Assembly: GCF_036971445.1 (NCBI RefSeq) | Contig: NC_091469.1 | Location: 377,084,001 to 377,148,000, forward strand | Reading direction: 5' to 3' | Length of the DNA stretch: 64,000 nucleotides | From: Narcine bancroftii | Lineage: Eukaryota | Part shown: positions 26,001-38,790 of the stretch, piece by piece | Layout of the letters: the number at the start of each line of letters is the position of its first letter | How positions within the stretch are numbered: position 1 is the stretch's first letter | Notes under the pieces: model-generated | What the model was told of the DNA's origin: nothing | Databases searched by the model: none | What the model saw: the letters and a program-made list of their open reading frames with translations, nothing else | Made by a program: the position numbers and the translations under genes

Positions 26001-29000
26001 TTAAAAATTTAGAAACAAAGGCAACTGTAACATGACATTAAAAAATAGGATTAGGTAGAGTCAACAAGGATTTATGACAGAAATTAAACTTGATAAATCT
26101 TTTGCTGCTTAATGCTGCATCCAGCAAAATAGAGAAGAGAAACTTACAAATACCGTGCATGGGATTTTCAGAAGGCTGCTCAAAAATCTAATTGCTTAAC
26201 ATAAATTAGGCAAAAAATGGGTAAATGGCTGAGTAAATGACTACAATGCCTGGTGGGCTACATTGTAAATCAAAACATTTTCTTTATTCCAATGTGGATA
26301 ACATGCATTGTAAATTAGAGGGACCTATGTGATCCAGTGTATAAATATATTCTTGGGAAAAAGGGAAAGCAATACTTTAAAGATTTATACTCAAGCTAGG
26401 AGCCTGGAAGCACAACCTTTGGCTCACATTTCAAACATTTTTCATGCCTCTCATTTGTTACACTGTGTTATGCCTTTCAACACCACCCATAGTAAAACTG
26501 TATTGTGCATATCGCCTTTCAGAGATTTCAATCTCCTGTCAGATCACAGGAAAGAGAACTGCTATATATCCAACTATGATATTGCACCCAGTCAATCAGA
26601 ATCTTTTTAAATTTTGGAACATTAAGAATACAATTCTTGCCACAACACGTGGTTCACCATTGCACACTGTAAATGTTGACCAGTTTAAGAACTCCTTCAA
26701 GTCTTACTTTTTAACCAAATTCTACTGACCACTTCCCAACTACAACCCAGTCATGGCACCCAATAGAGTTCCATTGGAATTTTGCTGAGATTTCTCTGTA
26801 TTAATATTTGGAGATCTGTGCAAAGATCCTGCATCAGGGTGGATCTGGCACAGATTCTGTGAGCTCACAGACAGTTGAACTATGAAGAGGTTAGGCAACA
26901 ACAGTAACTTTTTTTAAAAAAAAAGAATATTGTGTTTGATTTCATATTGTTAATGAAATATAGATTTGGAGTTGATTTCATTTTTAATTCATTTAAAATA
27001 AAAATTGGAGACTTTCCAAAGCATTGCAAAACTTTACAGCAAAGATCAAGATCAACTTGGCAGTCTTTCAGATTCCTATTTGATTTTCATGGGCAGGGCT
27101 TATCTGCTCCAAACTCAGTTGAATTACTGAAGGTCTTGTAAATTAAACAAAATTCAATTTTCAATATAGTGATAGAGAGGTACAACAGAAAGAGGTCCAC
27201 GAACTCCATGCTCACTAGTAACCACTTATTAGAACACAGAACATTACAGTGCAGTAGGCTTTTCAGCACACGATGCTGAGCCGACTGATAGAAACCTACT
27301 CAACAATCTAGTTTCCCTACCTTCCTACCTAGCCCGTTATTTTCCTTGTATCCATGTGCCTGTCTAAGAGTGTCTGTTAAGTGTCCCTTTTGCACCAGCT
27401 TCCACCACCACCTCTGGCAATGCATTCAAGGCACCCACTGACATCTCTCCTAAGTTTTCCTCCCCTTATACAGATGTCCTCTGATGTTTGGTATAAAGTT
27501 GGTACCTTTATCACCCTGGAATAAAAGGTACCAACTTTCCACCCTATTTATGCCTCTCATAATCTTGTAGCCATCTATCAAGTCACCTCTCATCTTTCTT
27601 CACTCCAAAGAGAAAAGCTCAAGCTCTGTTTAACCTTGCATTATCCTGGCAAATCTCCTCTGCACCCTCTCCATAGCTTCCACATCCTTCCTGTAATAAG
27701 ACAACCAGAACTGAACAATATTTCAAATGCAAGTTTTATAAAGCTGCAATATTACCTCATGACTCTTGAACCCAATACCTGATTAATGAATGCCAGTATA
27801 CATAATCCTTCTTAACTACCCTATCAACCTGCATGGCAACCTTGAATGCTCTGGATTTGGACCCCATGGTTCCTCTATTCTTCCACACTGTTAAGAATCC
27901 TGCCAGTAACCATGCACTCTACCTTCGTTTGACCTTCCAAAATACATTACTTTATACTTATCCAGATTGAACTCCTGCCACTTTTCCACCCAACCCTGCA
28001 TCATGTCTACATTGAAACCTATGACAACCTTCTACACTATCCACAACATTGCTAACCTTAATGTCATCTGCAAACTTATTGATCCGTCCCTCTACTTCTT
28101 GTCCAGGTAATTCCTAAACATCACAAAGTGCAAATCCCTGCTGAACTCCACTGATCATTGACCTTCAGACAGAACATATTCCATCTACTATTATCCTCTG
28201 CTTTCTGCAGGCAAGCAAATTCTGAATCGACGCAGCCAAGGTTCCACAAATCCCATGCCTCCTAAATTTCTGAACTAGTCTACCAGGAGGGACTTTGTAA
28301 AATGCGTACTAAAATCCATAGGCCCTACTTCAATTTTTTAAATTACTTCCTCAAAAACCTCAGTTAGGCATGTGAGCATGACCTAACCCTCACAAAGCTG
28401 TGCTGATTATCCTTAAGATTATACTTCTCTAAATGCTCTTAAATCTGGTCCACAAGAATCCTCTCCAATAGTTTGCCCACCACTGATGCAAGACTCATTG
28501 GTCTCTCATTCCCAGGATTCTCCCTATTACCTTTTTAAAAAATATAGCACAACATTCTCCATTTTCCAATCCTCTGGTACCTTCCCTATGACCAGGGAAG
28601 ACACAAGAATCATTCCTGCAGTTATCTGGGGTACAATTCATCCGGTCTTGGGGATTTATCAATCCTAATGCTTTTAAGAAAATGCAACACATAGGTACTC
28701 TTTCTTAACCTCAACATGTTCCAGCACACAAGCTTGTGCTATACTGACCTAACATTGACCACGGTCCCTCTCTCTAAAGCAAAGTATTCATGTAAGATCT
28801 CCTCAATCTCCTTTACCTTAAGTAGTCCTAATTTCAATCTTGTCATTCTTCTGATCATCACATATATACAGAACACCTTGGTTTTCCTTAATCCTACCTC
28901 CCAACGCCTTCTCATGCCCCCTCCTCACTCTCTCCTTCCTGGCTACCATACAATTCTCATGAGCCCTTCTGGTCTTTTGCTTCCTAACCTTCTGTACATT

Positions 29001-29591
29001 TCCCTCTTCCTTCTAATTAGCTGCCTCGCCTCTGTCAACCACAATTCTTTTATCTTACCATCTTTTCCCTGCCTCAGTGGGATAAACTTATTCAGAACCC
29101 CACACAAGTGGTCCCTAAACATCCTCCACATTACTTCTGTGCTTTACCCTGAGAACATCTGTTCCCAATTTACTCTCCCCAGTTCTTTCCCAATTCCATT
29201 GTAATTAGCTCTTTTCCAATTAAACACTAACATTTGGTCTATCTTCTATCTATGCTAAAGGTCGGAGTTGTGGCCACTTTCACTAAAGTGCTCCCCCACT
29301 TGATGTCTGCTTGTCATTTGACCAAGTTCATTACCCTTTACTATATCCAGTATGGCCTCTCCTCTAGTTGGCTTGTCCACATACTGTGTCAGGAATCCTT
29401 GGACACACCTGTCAAATTCTGCCCCATCTATCCCTCTTGCAGTAAGGAGATGCTAGTCGATATATTTGGGAAAATGATATCTCCCATAATAACCCTGTTA
29501 TTTTTGCATTTAAGACATTTCTGTGTCTTAAAATCTGCCTACTTAACTGCTCTTCAGTGTCCCAAGGCTATATTCAGGGGTCAGTTGTCTA

Positions 29592-32500
29592 CTATATATT
29601 TTGGTGTATTAACCACTCGGCAAACAAGTTGACCCCTGTTTTTCAGCCTCATTTTAAGGGTTTTATTGTATATCTGGCATACAAGTTGACCCCCAAAGAT
29701 CGCAATGCCTGAGATGGCTGTTAACTGGCATATACGTTGACTTGCAAAGATCATTCTGATTGATCTGCTAGGCTTTGGCTGGAGGTGACTGTTATCATGG
29801 AGGCTCCATTGACACAACACAACTCCAATAAAAGTACAAAGCAAGATTTAAATTGAAAGTGATAGAAAGTGCAATAAAATTTTATGTATACGTGAAATTG
29901 GCAAGAGATTGGAGGAAGAAAGAAGAGACTTTAAGAAAAATACCAAAAAGCCAATGTACTTTGAGAAAAGAAATCACTCGTTGGCCAGAGTTGGAAAATC
30001 ATGTTGCAGAATGGGTACGTGAACAGAGGCAAGATTACTACGGTCACCCAAAATAAAATAAGAACATTTGCACTGCAGTAGGCCAAGTCACAACCAGACC
30101 TCAGTAAAGATTTTGAGGCTACAGTAGGCTAGTGCAACCATTTCATGAACAGGAAAAATCTGGTATTAGGACAAAAACAAAAACTGCACAGAAACTACCA
30201 AAGATCTTGATCATAAAGTTGTAAATTTTCATCCCCCCAGAAGTCTGGAAGGCTGGCGGCAAAACTCTGCATGCCAAACTGCATGAGTTTTTCAAGCTTT
30301 GTTGGGACCAAGGTAAACTGCCTCAGGATCTTCGTGATGCCACCATCATCACCCTGTACAAAAACAAAGGCGAGAAATCAGACTGCTCAAACTACAGGGG
30401 AATCACGTTGCTCTCCATTGCAGGCAAAATCTTCGCTAGGATTCTACTAAATAGAATAATACCTAGTGTCGTTGAGAATATTCTCCCAGAATCACAGTGC
30501 GGCTTTCACGCAAACAGAGGAACCACTGACATGGTCTTTGCCCTCAGACAGCTCCAAGAAAAGTGCAGAGAACAAAACAAAGGACTCTACATCACCTTTG
30601 TTGATCTCACCAAAGCCTTCGACACCGTGAGCAGGAAAGGGCTTTGGCAAATACTAGAGCGCATCGGATGTCCCCCAAAGTTCCTCAACATGATTATCCA
30701 ACTGCACGAAAACCAACAAGGTCGGGTCAGATACAGCAATGAGCTCTCTGAACCCTTCTCCATTAACAATGGCGTGAAGCAAGGCTGTGTTCTCGCACCA
30801 ACCCTCTTTTCAATCTTCTTCAGCATGATGCTGAACCAAGCCATGAAAGACCCCAACAATGAAGACGCTGTTTACATCCGGTACCGCACGGATGGCAGTC
30901 TCTTCAATCTGAGGCGCCTGCAAGCTCACACCAAGACACAAGAGAAACTTGTCCGTGAACTACTCTTTGCAGATGATGCCGCTTTAGTTGCCCATTCAGA
31001 GCCAGCTCTTCAGCGCTTGACGTCCTGCTTTGCGGAAACTGCCAAAATGTTTGGCCTGGAAGTCAGCCTGAAGAAAACTGAGGTCCTCCATCAGCCAGCT
31101 CCCCACCATGACTACCAGCCCCCCCACATCTCCATCGGGCACACAAAACTCAAAACGGTCAACCAGTTTACCTATCTCGGCTGCACCATTTCATCAGATG
31201 CAAGGATCGACAATGAGATAGACAACAGACTCGCCAAGGCAAATAGCGCCTTTGGAAGACTACACAAAAGAGTCTGGAAAAACAACCAACTGAAAAACCT
31301 CACAAAGATAAGCGTATACAGAGCCGTTGTCATACCCACACTCCTGTTCGGCTCCGAATCATGGGTCCTCTACCGGCACCACCTACGGCTCCTAGAACGC
31401 TTCCACCAGCGTTGTCTCCGCTCCATCCTCAACATCCATTGGAGCGCTCACACCCCTAACGTCGAGGTACTCGAGATGGCAGAGGTCGACAGCATCGAGT
31501 CCACGCTGCTGAAGATCCAGCTGCGCTGGATGGGTCACGTCTCCAGAATGGAGGACCATCGCCTTCCCAAGATCGTATTATATGGCGAGCTCTCCACTGG
31601 CCACCGTGACAGAGGTGCACCAAAGAAAAGGTACAAGGACTGCCTAAAGAAATCTCTTAGTGCCTGCCACATTGACCACCGCCAGTGGGCTGATAACGCC
31701 TCAAACCGTGCATCTTGGCGCCTCACAGTTTGGCGGGCAGCAGCCTCCTTTGAAGAAGACCGCAGAGCCCACCTCACTGACAAAAGGCAAAGGAGGAAAA
31801 ACCCAACACCCAACCCCAACCAACCAATTTTCCCTTGCAACCGCTGCAATCGTGTCTGCCTGTCCCGCATCGGACTGGTCAGCCACAAACGAGCCTGCAG
31901 CTGACGTGGACTTTTTACCCCCTCCATAAATCTTCGTCCGCGAAGCCAAGCCAAAGAAGATTATATGTAAACGCAGAAACACAATTTTGCATTGGCAAAT
32001 ATTGGAAACATAGTCGAAATCCCCATGAATTTCGACATCGATAGGCAATAGAACAGTGGAATGGAAAAGTGTTAAAAGTGAAAACAAAAAGCACAAGCCA
32101 TGAAAGGACCAGGTTTACTGTGGTGTTATCATGTATGCTGACAAGACAAAGTTAAGACCCATGGTAATTTTCAAATGCAAAATTAATCCTAAAATAAAAT
32201 TCACTATGGGTATGTTTGTAAATTTTCATGAAAAAGAATGGATGGATGAAAATGGTGTAAAATTATGGATAGACAATATATGGAACAGGTGGTCAGATGG
32301 TTTACGCAAAGAACGGTGTTTTGCGGGTATGGGATGTGCTTCGTAGCCATTTAACCGAGAAGACCAAAAGTACTACATAATGCTTACATGGCAGTTATCC
32401 TGGGTGGTTGACATCTATATTGCAACCTCTTGATGTCTGCTTGAACAAGCCATTCAAAGACCATGTGTGCGAGTAATAGAATACATGGATATCAAGTGCA

Positions 32501-33029
32501 GAAAAGTCATTTACAAAAGGCAAGCCAATGCATGCTGCTTCACTTGATGTGCTGTGTAACTTCGTGGGAAAAGGTTAGAGGCTGATAAAATCGTTCATAA
32601 AATGCGATGCCTCTTGTGCAATTGATGGCATGGAAGATGATTTACTGTGGGACACTGACCACGAAGATGAAACCACCCCATCAGATACTGACTGATGACT
32701 GTTTAAACAGTGAGTATGGATGTGCTTGCTGCCAGCTTTGCCTCAGATAATGATGGTGAGTGATTTTGAAGGGTTCTAATTGTTGTTGTTTACAATAAAA
32801 ATCTCAATGAAAATCTGTCACAGTTGGGTTTTTTTTTTCAAGGGTCAACATATTCCGAATCTGATTTTCATGGATTGATTTATTCACCAAATTGTTTTTT
32901 TTTCATGGGTCGACTTATACGCTGGATTGACATGGATTGGATTTTGAGCTGAATTTAAGGTCTCAAAAGTATATCTGGCACACAAGTTTTTTGGGTTTCA
33001 CAACTTAACTTGTACGCCAAAATATAGGG
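29592..33029 (+). mobile_element. pogo-family (POGK/Passer-like) DNA transposon with decayed transposase, interrupted by an RTE LINE
   Basis: TIRs TA|CTATATATTTTGGTGTA and TACGCCAAAATATAGGG. CENP-B HTH region RWPELENHVAEWVREQRQ..CNHFMNRKNLVL..AQKLPKDLDHKVVNFH; DDE region RFTVVLS..KLRPMVIFK..WMDENGVKLWIDNIW..VWD..VIPGGLTSILQPLDVCLNKPFK; multiple stops and frameshifts. Confidence 0.88.
30230..31960 (+). mobile_element. RTE-clade LINE copy 1, 5'-truncated, uninterrupted RT ORF to stop at 31904
   Basis: IPPEVWK..PQDLRDATIITLYKNKGEKSDCSNYRGITLLS..PESQCGF..FVDLTKAFD..GVKQGCVLAP..LLFADD..C-terminal CxxC..HxxxC; 3' hairpin CTTCG-tccg-CGAAG and short GAA-type tail. Confidence 0.95.
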
Positions 33030-33269
33030 CATTCACAATGCAGAGATTACTCCCTTTCTATTTCAGACTTCAGCCCACATTGACTCAGTTGAAAATCCCT
33101 CCACAACATCCTCCCTTTCTGCATCTATGATACTATCCCTGATTACGCACCACCACCCCTTCCCCACCCTATCTCTTTTAAAACATTCAAACAGTATCTG
33201 CATCAGCCAATCCAATCCATGCGTCAGCCATTTTTAAAAAATCCCCTATTCTCAACATTTCCCCACAAA

Positions 33270-33480
33270 TTTTACCACTTATTTACACACTAGAGGCAAT
33301 TTACAACAGACAACTAAGCCAGCAATCCAAATTTCCTTGGGACCTGGAAGGAAACCAGAGCAGTCAAAGAAAATCTATGCACTGCAGGAAGAACATGAAA
33401 ATTCCAGACAACATCCAAGGTCAGGATTGAACCTAGCATGGAGAGAGAGCACCTGTATTAGCAATGCTACCCAACTCCAC
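33270..33480 (-). mobile_element. Degenerate V-SINE
   Basis: Reverse complement of the V-domain (GGAAGGAAACCAGAGCAGTC..CAGGAAGAACATGAAAATTCC) and a B-box remnant (CAGGATTGAACC). Confidence 0.6.
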
Positions 33481-33885
33481 ATAAACTTCCATGCAATCTA
33501 CATATACTGTAGCTCTGGGAGGCCTTTGTCAAGAGACTACCGGGGAAGACAGGTTCAAAAGGGTAAGCTCGAGATCAGAAAATTGGACCCGAAACTGGCA
33601 TGGTAATAGGAAGTAGAAGAAAGCAGATTGATTTTGCGATTGGAACCCTGTGACCAATGGTGTCCCACAATGATGAATGCTTGCAGCTATCCTATTTGTT
33701 ACATACATTGATGATAATTTGGATGTGGATATAGGAGGCATGATTAGCAAGTCCATAGATATCACAAAAATTGGTGGTATATATAATGTAGCCCTTGGCA
33801 ACAGAATGAGATAGATCTGTTGGTGAGAGAGAGAGAATAAAAAAAAACGCAGATAAAATTTAATACTACAAAATGTGAGATGATA

Positions 33886-34600
33886 CCGTATTTTTACACA
33901 TATAATGCATGCTATATGTGTGCACTATACGAGAATATTTTTACATGTTGAAAGAATGCGCACAATTAAAAGTGGGCATGGGAAAGTTGAACTGGCAATT
34001 TATAGCGTGCCTGTGAATAAAATAGTGGCATTGAAAGAAAGCGCACAATTTATAGCGGCCATGGGAAAAATGCACCAGCAATTTATAGTGAGCACGAGAA
34101 TATAAGTGGCATTAAAAGAACACACATGATTTATAGCAGCCAAGGGAAATTTTGATTTCAGAATATCTCTTTGCACTGAATGCCTTAGTATTCCTACAAA
34201 CAGGACATTGTAGCCAGGGCACCGACACTGTCGCCAGGGCACCGCACCTTATCAATGTTAATTGCCCAAATCCATCCCTGAGGGAGGAGATGAACCTATC
34301 AACTGCCTCTGATTTTGAGACATTTAAAATCTTGCTCAACTAAGGTGTCTTCGATCTAATTCATTGATTCCTCTCAAAGCTTGTTAATATGTTGCAGCAG
34401 GATATTATATAATGGGAAATTGACACCTCTGGGGGAAGTTGATTGGGTGTTAATTGTGGGAGATTAACTGTGGTAGATACTGTGCTCTGTCGCATTTAAA
34501 TGCAAATTGAATTGCTTTTGTCAGTCAGAATTTAAAATACTACACCTGCGCAGTATATGCATGTGTGCATTTTATGAAAATATTTTTACAATTTATGATT
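33886..34600. mobile_element. Probable non-autonomous DNA transposon with internal ~82-bp tandem repeat, inside a CR1 fragment (33520-34730)
   Basis: Starts TA|CCGTATTTTTACACATATAATGCA (pogo-like terminus); about 2.5 copies of a CAATTTATAG..GTGGCATT.AAAGAA..CACA.ATTTATAGC.GCCA.GGGAAA unit at 33947-34150; right TIR not recognisable. Confidence 0.5.
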
Positions 34601-35916
34601 TACATGTTATACGCACTTTAGGAGTGTAGAAGGCTACAGACCATATATTGGTAAGGTGAAATCAGCACAAATAGATACTTTGTGAGGCACAGACATGGTA
34701 GCCAGAAAGGCCCATTTCAATGTGCAAGGCACTAAATCTTAAATGGAACAAAGCTCATCTGTATAAATTGCATTTATACATAGCCTGTAATTTAAAGGAA
34801 CATCCACAGCACTAGAAAGGCTTAAGGCAAATCAACCAGTCACAACCATTTAACCACTTAAAAGTACATTGCTCTAGCTTATTCCAGGGGTACTAAAACA
34901 TTTCTTTCCCTACTAGGGGAAAAAAAATCATAATTGCAGACACAGCATGGTTTAAAGAGTCTAAATAATTCAAACACCATTTTTGTTTGCAGATAGTACA
35001 AGAGCAAAGTCCAATCACTAATAGCAAACAAAACACCAGTGCTCTGGCAATAATTACTGGTAGTTTGTTCTTAAAGAATAACACTGAAAAACAATTAAAC
35101 TCCTGCTTTAGCTAGAACAAGAGCTCTACCAGAAGCCCACTGTGCACAAAAATGCAATTGTGTAAAATATGATTATTTTACAAATAAAAAGTAATTATTT
35201 TTAAAAATCTATTGAGAAATATTAAGAAATATCTGAGAATAAATACAAGAACAATTTTTTTGACAAATTGACAACTCTCAAACAGTTGAACTTTGAACCT
35301 TTGATCAATTTTTAGGTGTCTTTCTTCAGAGTTCGATGGATTTGGGTTAAAGTCCTATTCACTGACTTGAGGAATGGAATTGAATATGCAGTTGGCTAGA
35401 TTTGAATAATATATCAGCATTTGATTTCCAAGTGCTAGCTCGGATGCAATGATAGTATGATGTGGTGGAGTCTTCCTTCTGCTCTGGCACATACTTCTCT
35501 TCAACAAATATCTCTAAAAATATTTGGCCATGTACACAAAAATGACTACCAGTTTCCTACCACACAACAGTCACCACAATTCAAAAAAATTCATTGTGAA
35601 GCACAGTGATGTTGCAAAGTTACAAAAGAAGCTGCAGGAATTCAAGTCCTTTGAAGACATAACAACATTGAACAACTTAACAAAACCAAAAGCTGAAAAT
35701 AGCTTGCTTTTTCCCCACATGAATCAGAGAAACAAGGGGGACAATGGATTCAACATCAATCACTAATGTGCACCGCTTAAAATTTTCTTTACATTCAATC
35801 TCAGCTGTGAATCTACACCACTGACCATTCAATTGTTTATTTTTGAAACAGTGATGCACAATGCAGTGGTAAAATTTAAAAAAATGTTAGCAGAAAAACA
35901 GCAAAATTGCTCTTAC

Positions 35917-36030
35917 CACATTCTTCTAAATGTTGCACAATTGCATGAGTATCAAAGTAGAATTTTTGACTTTCCAATGAAGATACTTTTATTGAATTAT
36001 ATTGCAAAGATGCCACTGACATGCTTAGCT
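35917..36030 (-). CDS. MCUR1: MCUR1 exon 2
   Basis: (E)LSMSVASLQYNSIKVSSLESQKFYFDTHAIVQHLEEC(G) versus human ELSLSAGSLQL..SRKLYFDTHALVCLLEDNG; ttttag acceptor, gtaag donor. Confidence 0.95.
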
Positions 36031-37379
36031 CTAAAACAAAATTGAAAAAGGTTTAAGACCAGATGTATTTACAAACATTTCAGATCCATTTCAGAACATT
36101 CAAAAATGCCTCGCCAACAATTGTTTAGTGAAGAGAACAATTTAGTTTAGGGTTGAAAAACTGAATTAATGTAGAAATAAGGCAATGTTCCACAAGCAGC
36201 AGTGACAATGACCTGCTTATTTATATCAGATAAAAAGTTGTATCAAATGGATACAGGCTTTTCAGCCATCTCAACCAAAATGTTTATCTCTGCCAATTCA
36301 ATTTGTATGCATTTGGCCTATATCCATCTAAACTTTTCCTATTCTTCAAAGTTATAACTGTACTTGCCTCTACCAATTCCTCCAGTAGTTAGTTCCATAT
36401 ACCCACTGCCTTCTGCTACCAGAGATGGTGGTTGAGAGATGTTAACACCACCCAATCACTTCCCTGCTCTTAAATATAATGCCACAAATTAATTTACAGT
36501 GACCTACAGAGAACAAATTTTGTATTGATTTAATGTGTCATGGATGGTTGCAGTTTTGTAAGTTCTGTGAAACCACACAACCAGAGAAAAACAATGACTA
36601 ATTATGGAGGTTCAGGTTGTGTGAGGGCCTACCAATAGACGACAAAAAAAATTGCAAAATGAAGTGGAATCCTCTACTTTGTTATTCAATATGGTAAGCA
36701 TGCGTTAAGCTAAATGGCCTTTTTCTGTGCTGTATGGTTCTATAATCCTAATCATGGAATCAAACAGTAAAATTCAACAGCAGGCACACATAAATCTACA
36801 TGAAGTGAGAAATTAGAGTAATTTTATAATGGCCTAGGTCCTATGAGAAAATAACCATGCAGAAATATCAGCACTGACCTCTATAACTACATGCAAGTTT
36901 GTGACTCCAATACAAAAGCAATTGTAAAATGAATTTGCAGAGTGTGCTTGCCCCACCATTCAATAAGACAATGGCTGATCTTTTTACTTCCTGTACTAAC
37001 CCCATTTGTTTTAAAATTTAATCTTGGAAATGCTCAGTAACTAAGCATGGGTTGAGAATTCCAACATTTCCCCAATCTTTTGATTCAAGCATCTGCCTGA
37101 CTTTTGGCACTCCTGAAGAAGAGCTCAGGCCCAAAATACTAATGGTGTTTTACATGCTATGGAAGCTGTGTGACCTGTTGAATTTCTCCAGACTTGTGTG
37201 TATTGCAAGGAACACATTGTGGACTTTAGGAAGAGGAGGCTGAGGGAAATCATGTCTTCTTTGGTAGGATGCTGGTGAAAGTTATTAGGCACTTCAAGTT
37301 CCTGGCCATCCACACTCCTGGAGCCAGCAATCATGAAGGAAGCACAACAATGCAAAGTCATCCAAGGAGATGTTCATAG

Positions 37380-38070
37380 GATACTCCATTGTACTTTTAT
37401 AAGTGTACTGTGAAATTGGAACCTCAAGAGTGCAGAAAAGCAAGAAGCTGCAGAAAGTGGCAAACCTAGCCAATTTCATCAGACACTGACCTCTCAACCA
37501 TTGAAGACACATATGTGAAGCACCACCTGTAGAAGGCAACCAAAAGATCACCAACACCCTGGTCACAATCTCTTTTCACTATTACCTTCAGGGAAAAGGA
37601 ATAGAAGCCTCATGTCTAGCACTTCAAGGTTGAAGAATGGATTCTCCTCTCCCCCCCACCACAACAGTTATCAAGTTCTTGAACCTCACAAAGCTAACCA
37701 AAAAGTAAACCAAAGATTTTTCTATATTTCTTGCAGTAACTGCAAATGTGAATGATCTACATAAGTCAGGGTCTTAAAATAAAATCCCTCTATCCTCAAA
37801 GACTCCCATCACCCAGGACATGCCCTCTTCACTCTGCTACCATCAGGAAAAAAGTACAGGAGCCTAAAGACAAGCACTCAACAACCCAAGGACGGCTTCT
37901 TCCCCACAGCTATCAGATTCCTGAATAATCAATGAACCAAAAATACATCCTTACTTTTCATGCTTTTTTTAATATATTAACGTTGTAATATGGTTATAAT
38001 ATGAATGTTTGCACTACGATGCTACTGCAAAACACTGAGTTTCATGACTAGCGTGACAATAAATTCTGAA
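37380..38070 (+). mobile_element. Two tandem Rex1/Babar 3' fragments
   Basis: Both resemble 15330-15690 (CATCACCCAGGACATGCCCTCTTC..GTACAGGAGCCT..GCTTCTTCCCC..ATCAGATTCCTGAAT; AATAAATTCTGA tail). Confidence 0.7.
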
Positions 38071-38419
38071 TGTATATCATTCTTTCATATTTATTAATTA
38101 TTTTCTGCTCCATGGTACATCATGGTAGTTTACCTTATATTTTTGTTTGTGTTTCATAGATGTGTTGCTGCAGCTGGAAAGAATTTCTCGTGCAGTGTAC
38201 TTTTATCATATAGTCACTGAAAATGTAAACTTTTCCACGGAGACGTGTAAAAGCAAATCTAATGTCCTCATTGTACTGGTTTTTTTCCCCACTGCGTTCT
38301 CGGTCTTGATGAACTCCGTCCCATGTCGACAATTCATTCTCCCAACATCACTGGGTTCCTCCAAGTTTGTTTTATACTCTAGACTCCAACATATGCCGTC
38401 TCTTTTCTCCATCCACTCA

Positions 38420-38790
38420 CCTCTCCGCGTGAATCTGGGGCCCACGGCCGGCTCCACGCTCCCCTTCCGACCCAGCATCTGCCCGCAGTCCCGCTCCGCT
38501 CTTGAGCGTACGGTATCGCTACCGCCTCCCTGGGCCGACGAAATTCGGAACCCGGCAGGAACAAGCTTCGACCAGAGCGCAACTGAAGCCCACGTACAAG
38601 GCCAAGGGAATGGAGCCGAATGTCGACGCCATTTCCCCGTGCAAGCCAGCGTCATCACTGCCACCTCCGCCCATGTCTGACGTCACGTCCAAGCGACGGC
38701 CAGCCACGTGACTCCTTGCTGTCTGTTAGCGTCATTGCTGTCAACTCCGCCCCGCCTCTAATGTTACGCCAGCCTACGGAGAGTTACATG
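38420..38790 (-). promoter_or_regulatory. MCUR1 CpG-rich promoter with CRE, E-box, GC box and YY1-like motif
   Basis: Perfect TGACGTCA at 38678-38685, CCACGTGAC at 38704-38712, CCGCCCCGCC near 38746, CGCCATTT near 38627. Confidence 0.7.
38421..38655 (-). CDS. MCUR1: MCUR1 coding exon 1 (Arg-rich N-terminus, likely mitochondrial targeting)
   Basis: MTLACTGKWRRHSAPFPWP...AVGPRFTRR(E); donor AGAG|GTGAGT in phase 1 gives TRR-ELS as in human CRR-ELS. An in-frame stop upstream makes 38655 the first in-frame ATG. Confidence 0.85.

Larger units (their letters stand above)
27240..33230 (-). mobile_element. CR1-type LINE (about 2.5 kb of its own sequence) split by a pogo transposon
   Basis: Minus-strand CR1 peptides (WRMFRDHLCGVLNKFIP..KIKELWLT; PGHREGTRGLENGECCAIFFKK as a frameshifted VPEDWR.ANV.PLFKK) on 27240-29590. 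CR1 sequence resumes at 33030-33230. Confidence 0.8.
11793..38655 (-). other. MCUR1: MCUR1 (CCDC90A) gene span, 9 coding exons, 894 nt CDS, 297 aa
   Basis: Exons 38655-38421, 36030-35917, 22970-22867, 21876-21775, 19735-19694, 18787-18716, 13951-13898, 13707-13593 and 11848-11793 join in frame with GT-AG sites. The product has the FDTHA motif, a coiled coil and a C-terminal TM segment (DUF1640 family). Confidence 0.95.

Noticed and set aside
30408-31904. 498-aa RT ORF (and the 342/285/278-aa ORFs) as host genes or a retron/DGR-like system
   Set aside because: These are 5'-truncated RTE LINE copies lacking the endonuclease domain, with LINE tails. Their antisense ORFs recur only because the repeat recurs.
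33947-34150. CRISPR-like repeat-spacer pattern
   Set aside because: Eukaryotic context; the intervening sequences are themselves repeated and no cas genes are present.
34893-35084. 63-aa hydrophobic ORF with an acceptor-like site in MCUR1 intron 2
   Set aside because: No recognisable homology; MCUR1 exons 2 and 3 already join in frame matching the human protein; no good donor.
38134-38420. Continuation of the 152-aa ORF and an alternative donor at 38134 as MCUR1 exon 1
   Set aside because: All frames hit stops before 38134. The GTGAGT donor at 38421/38420 gives the correct phase and the conserved RR-ELS junction.
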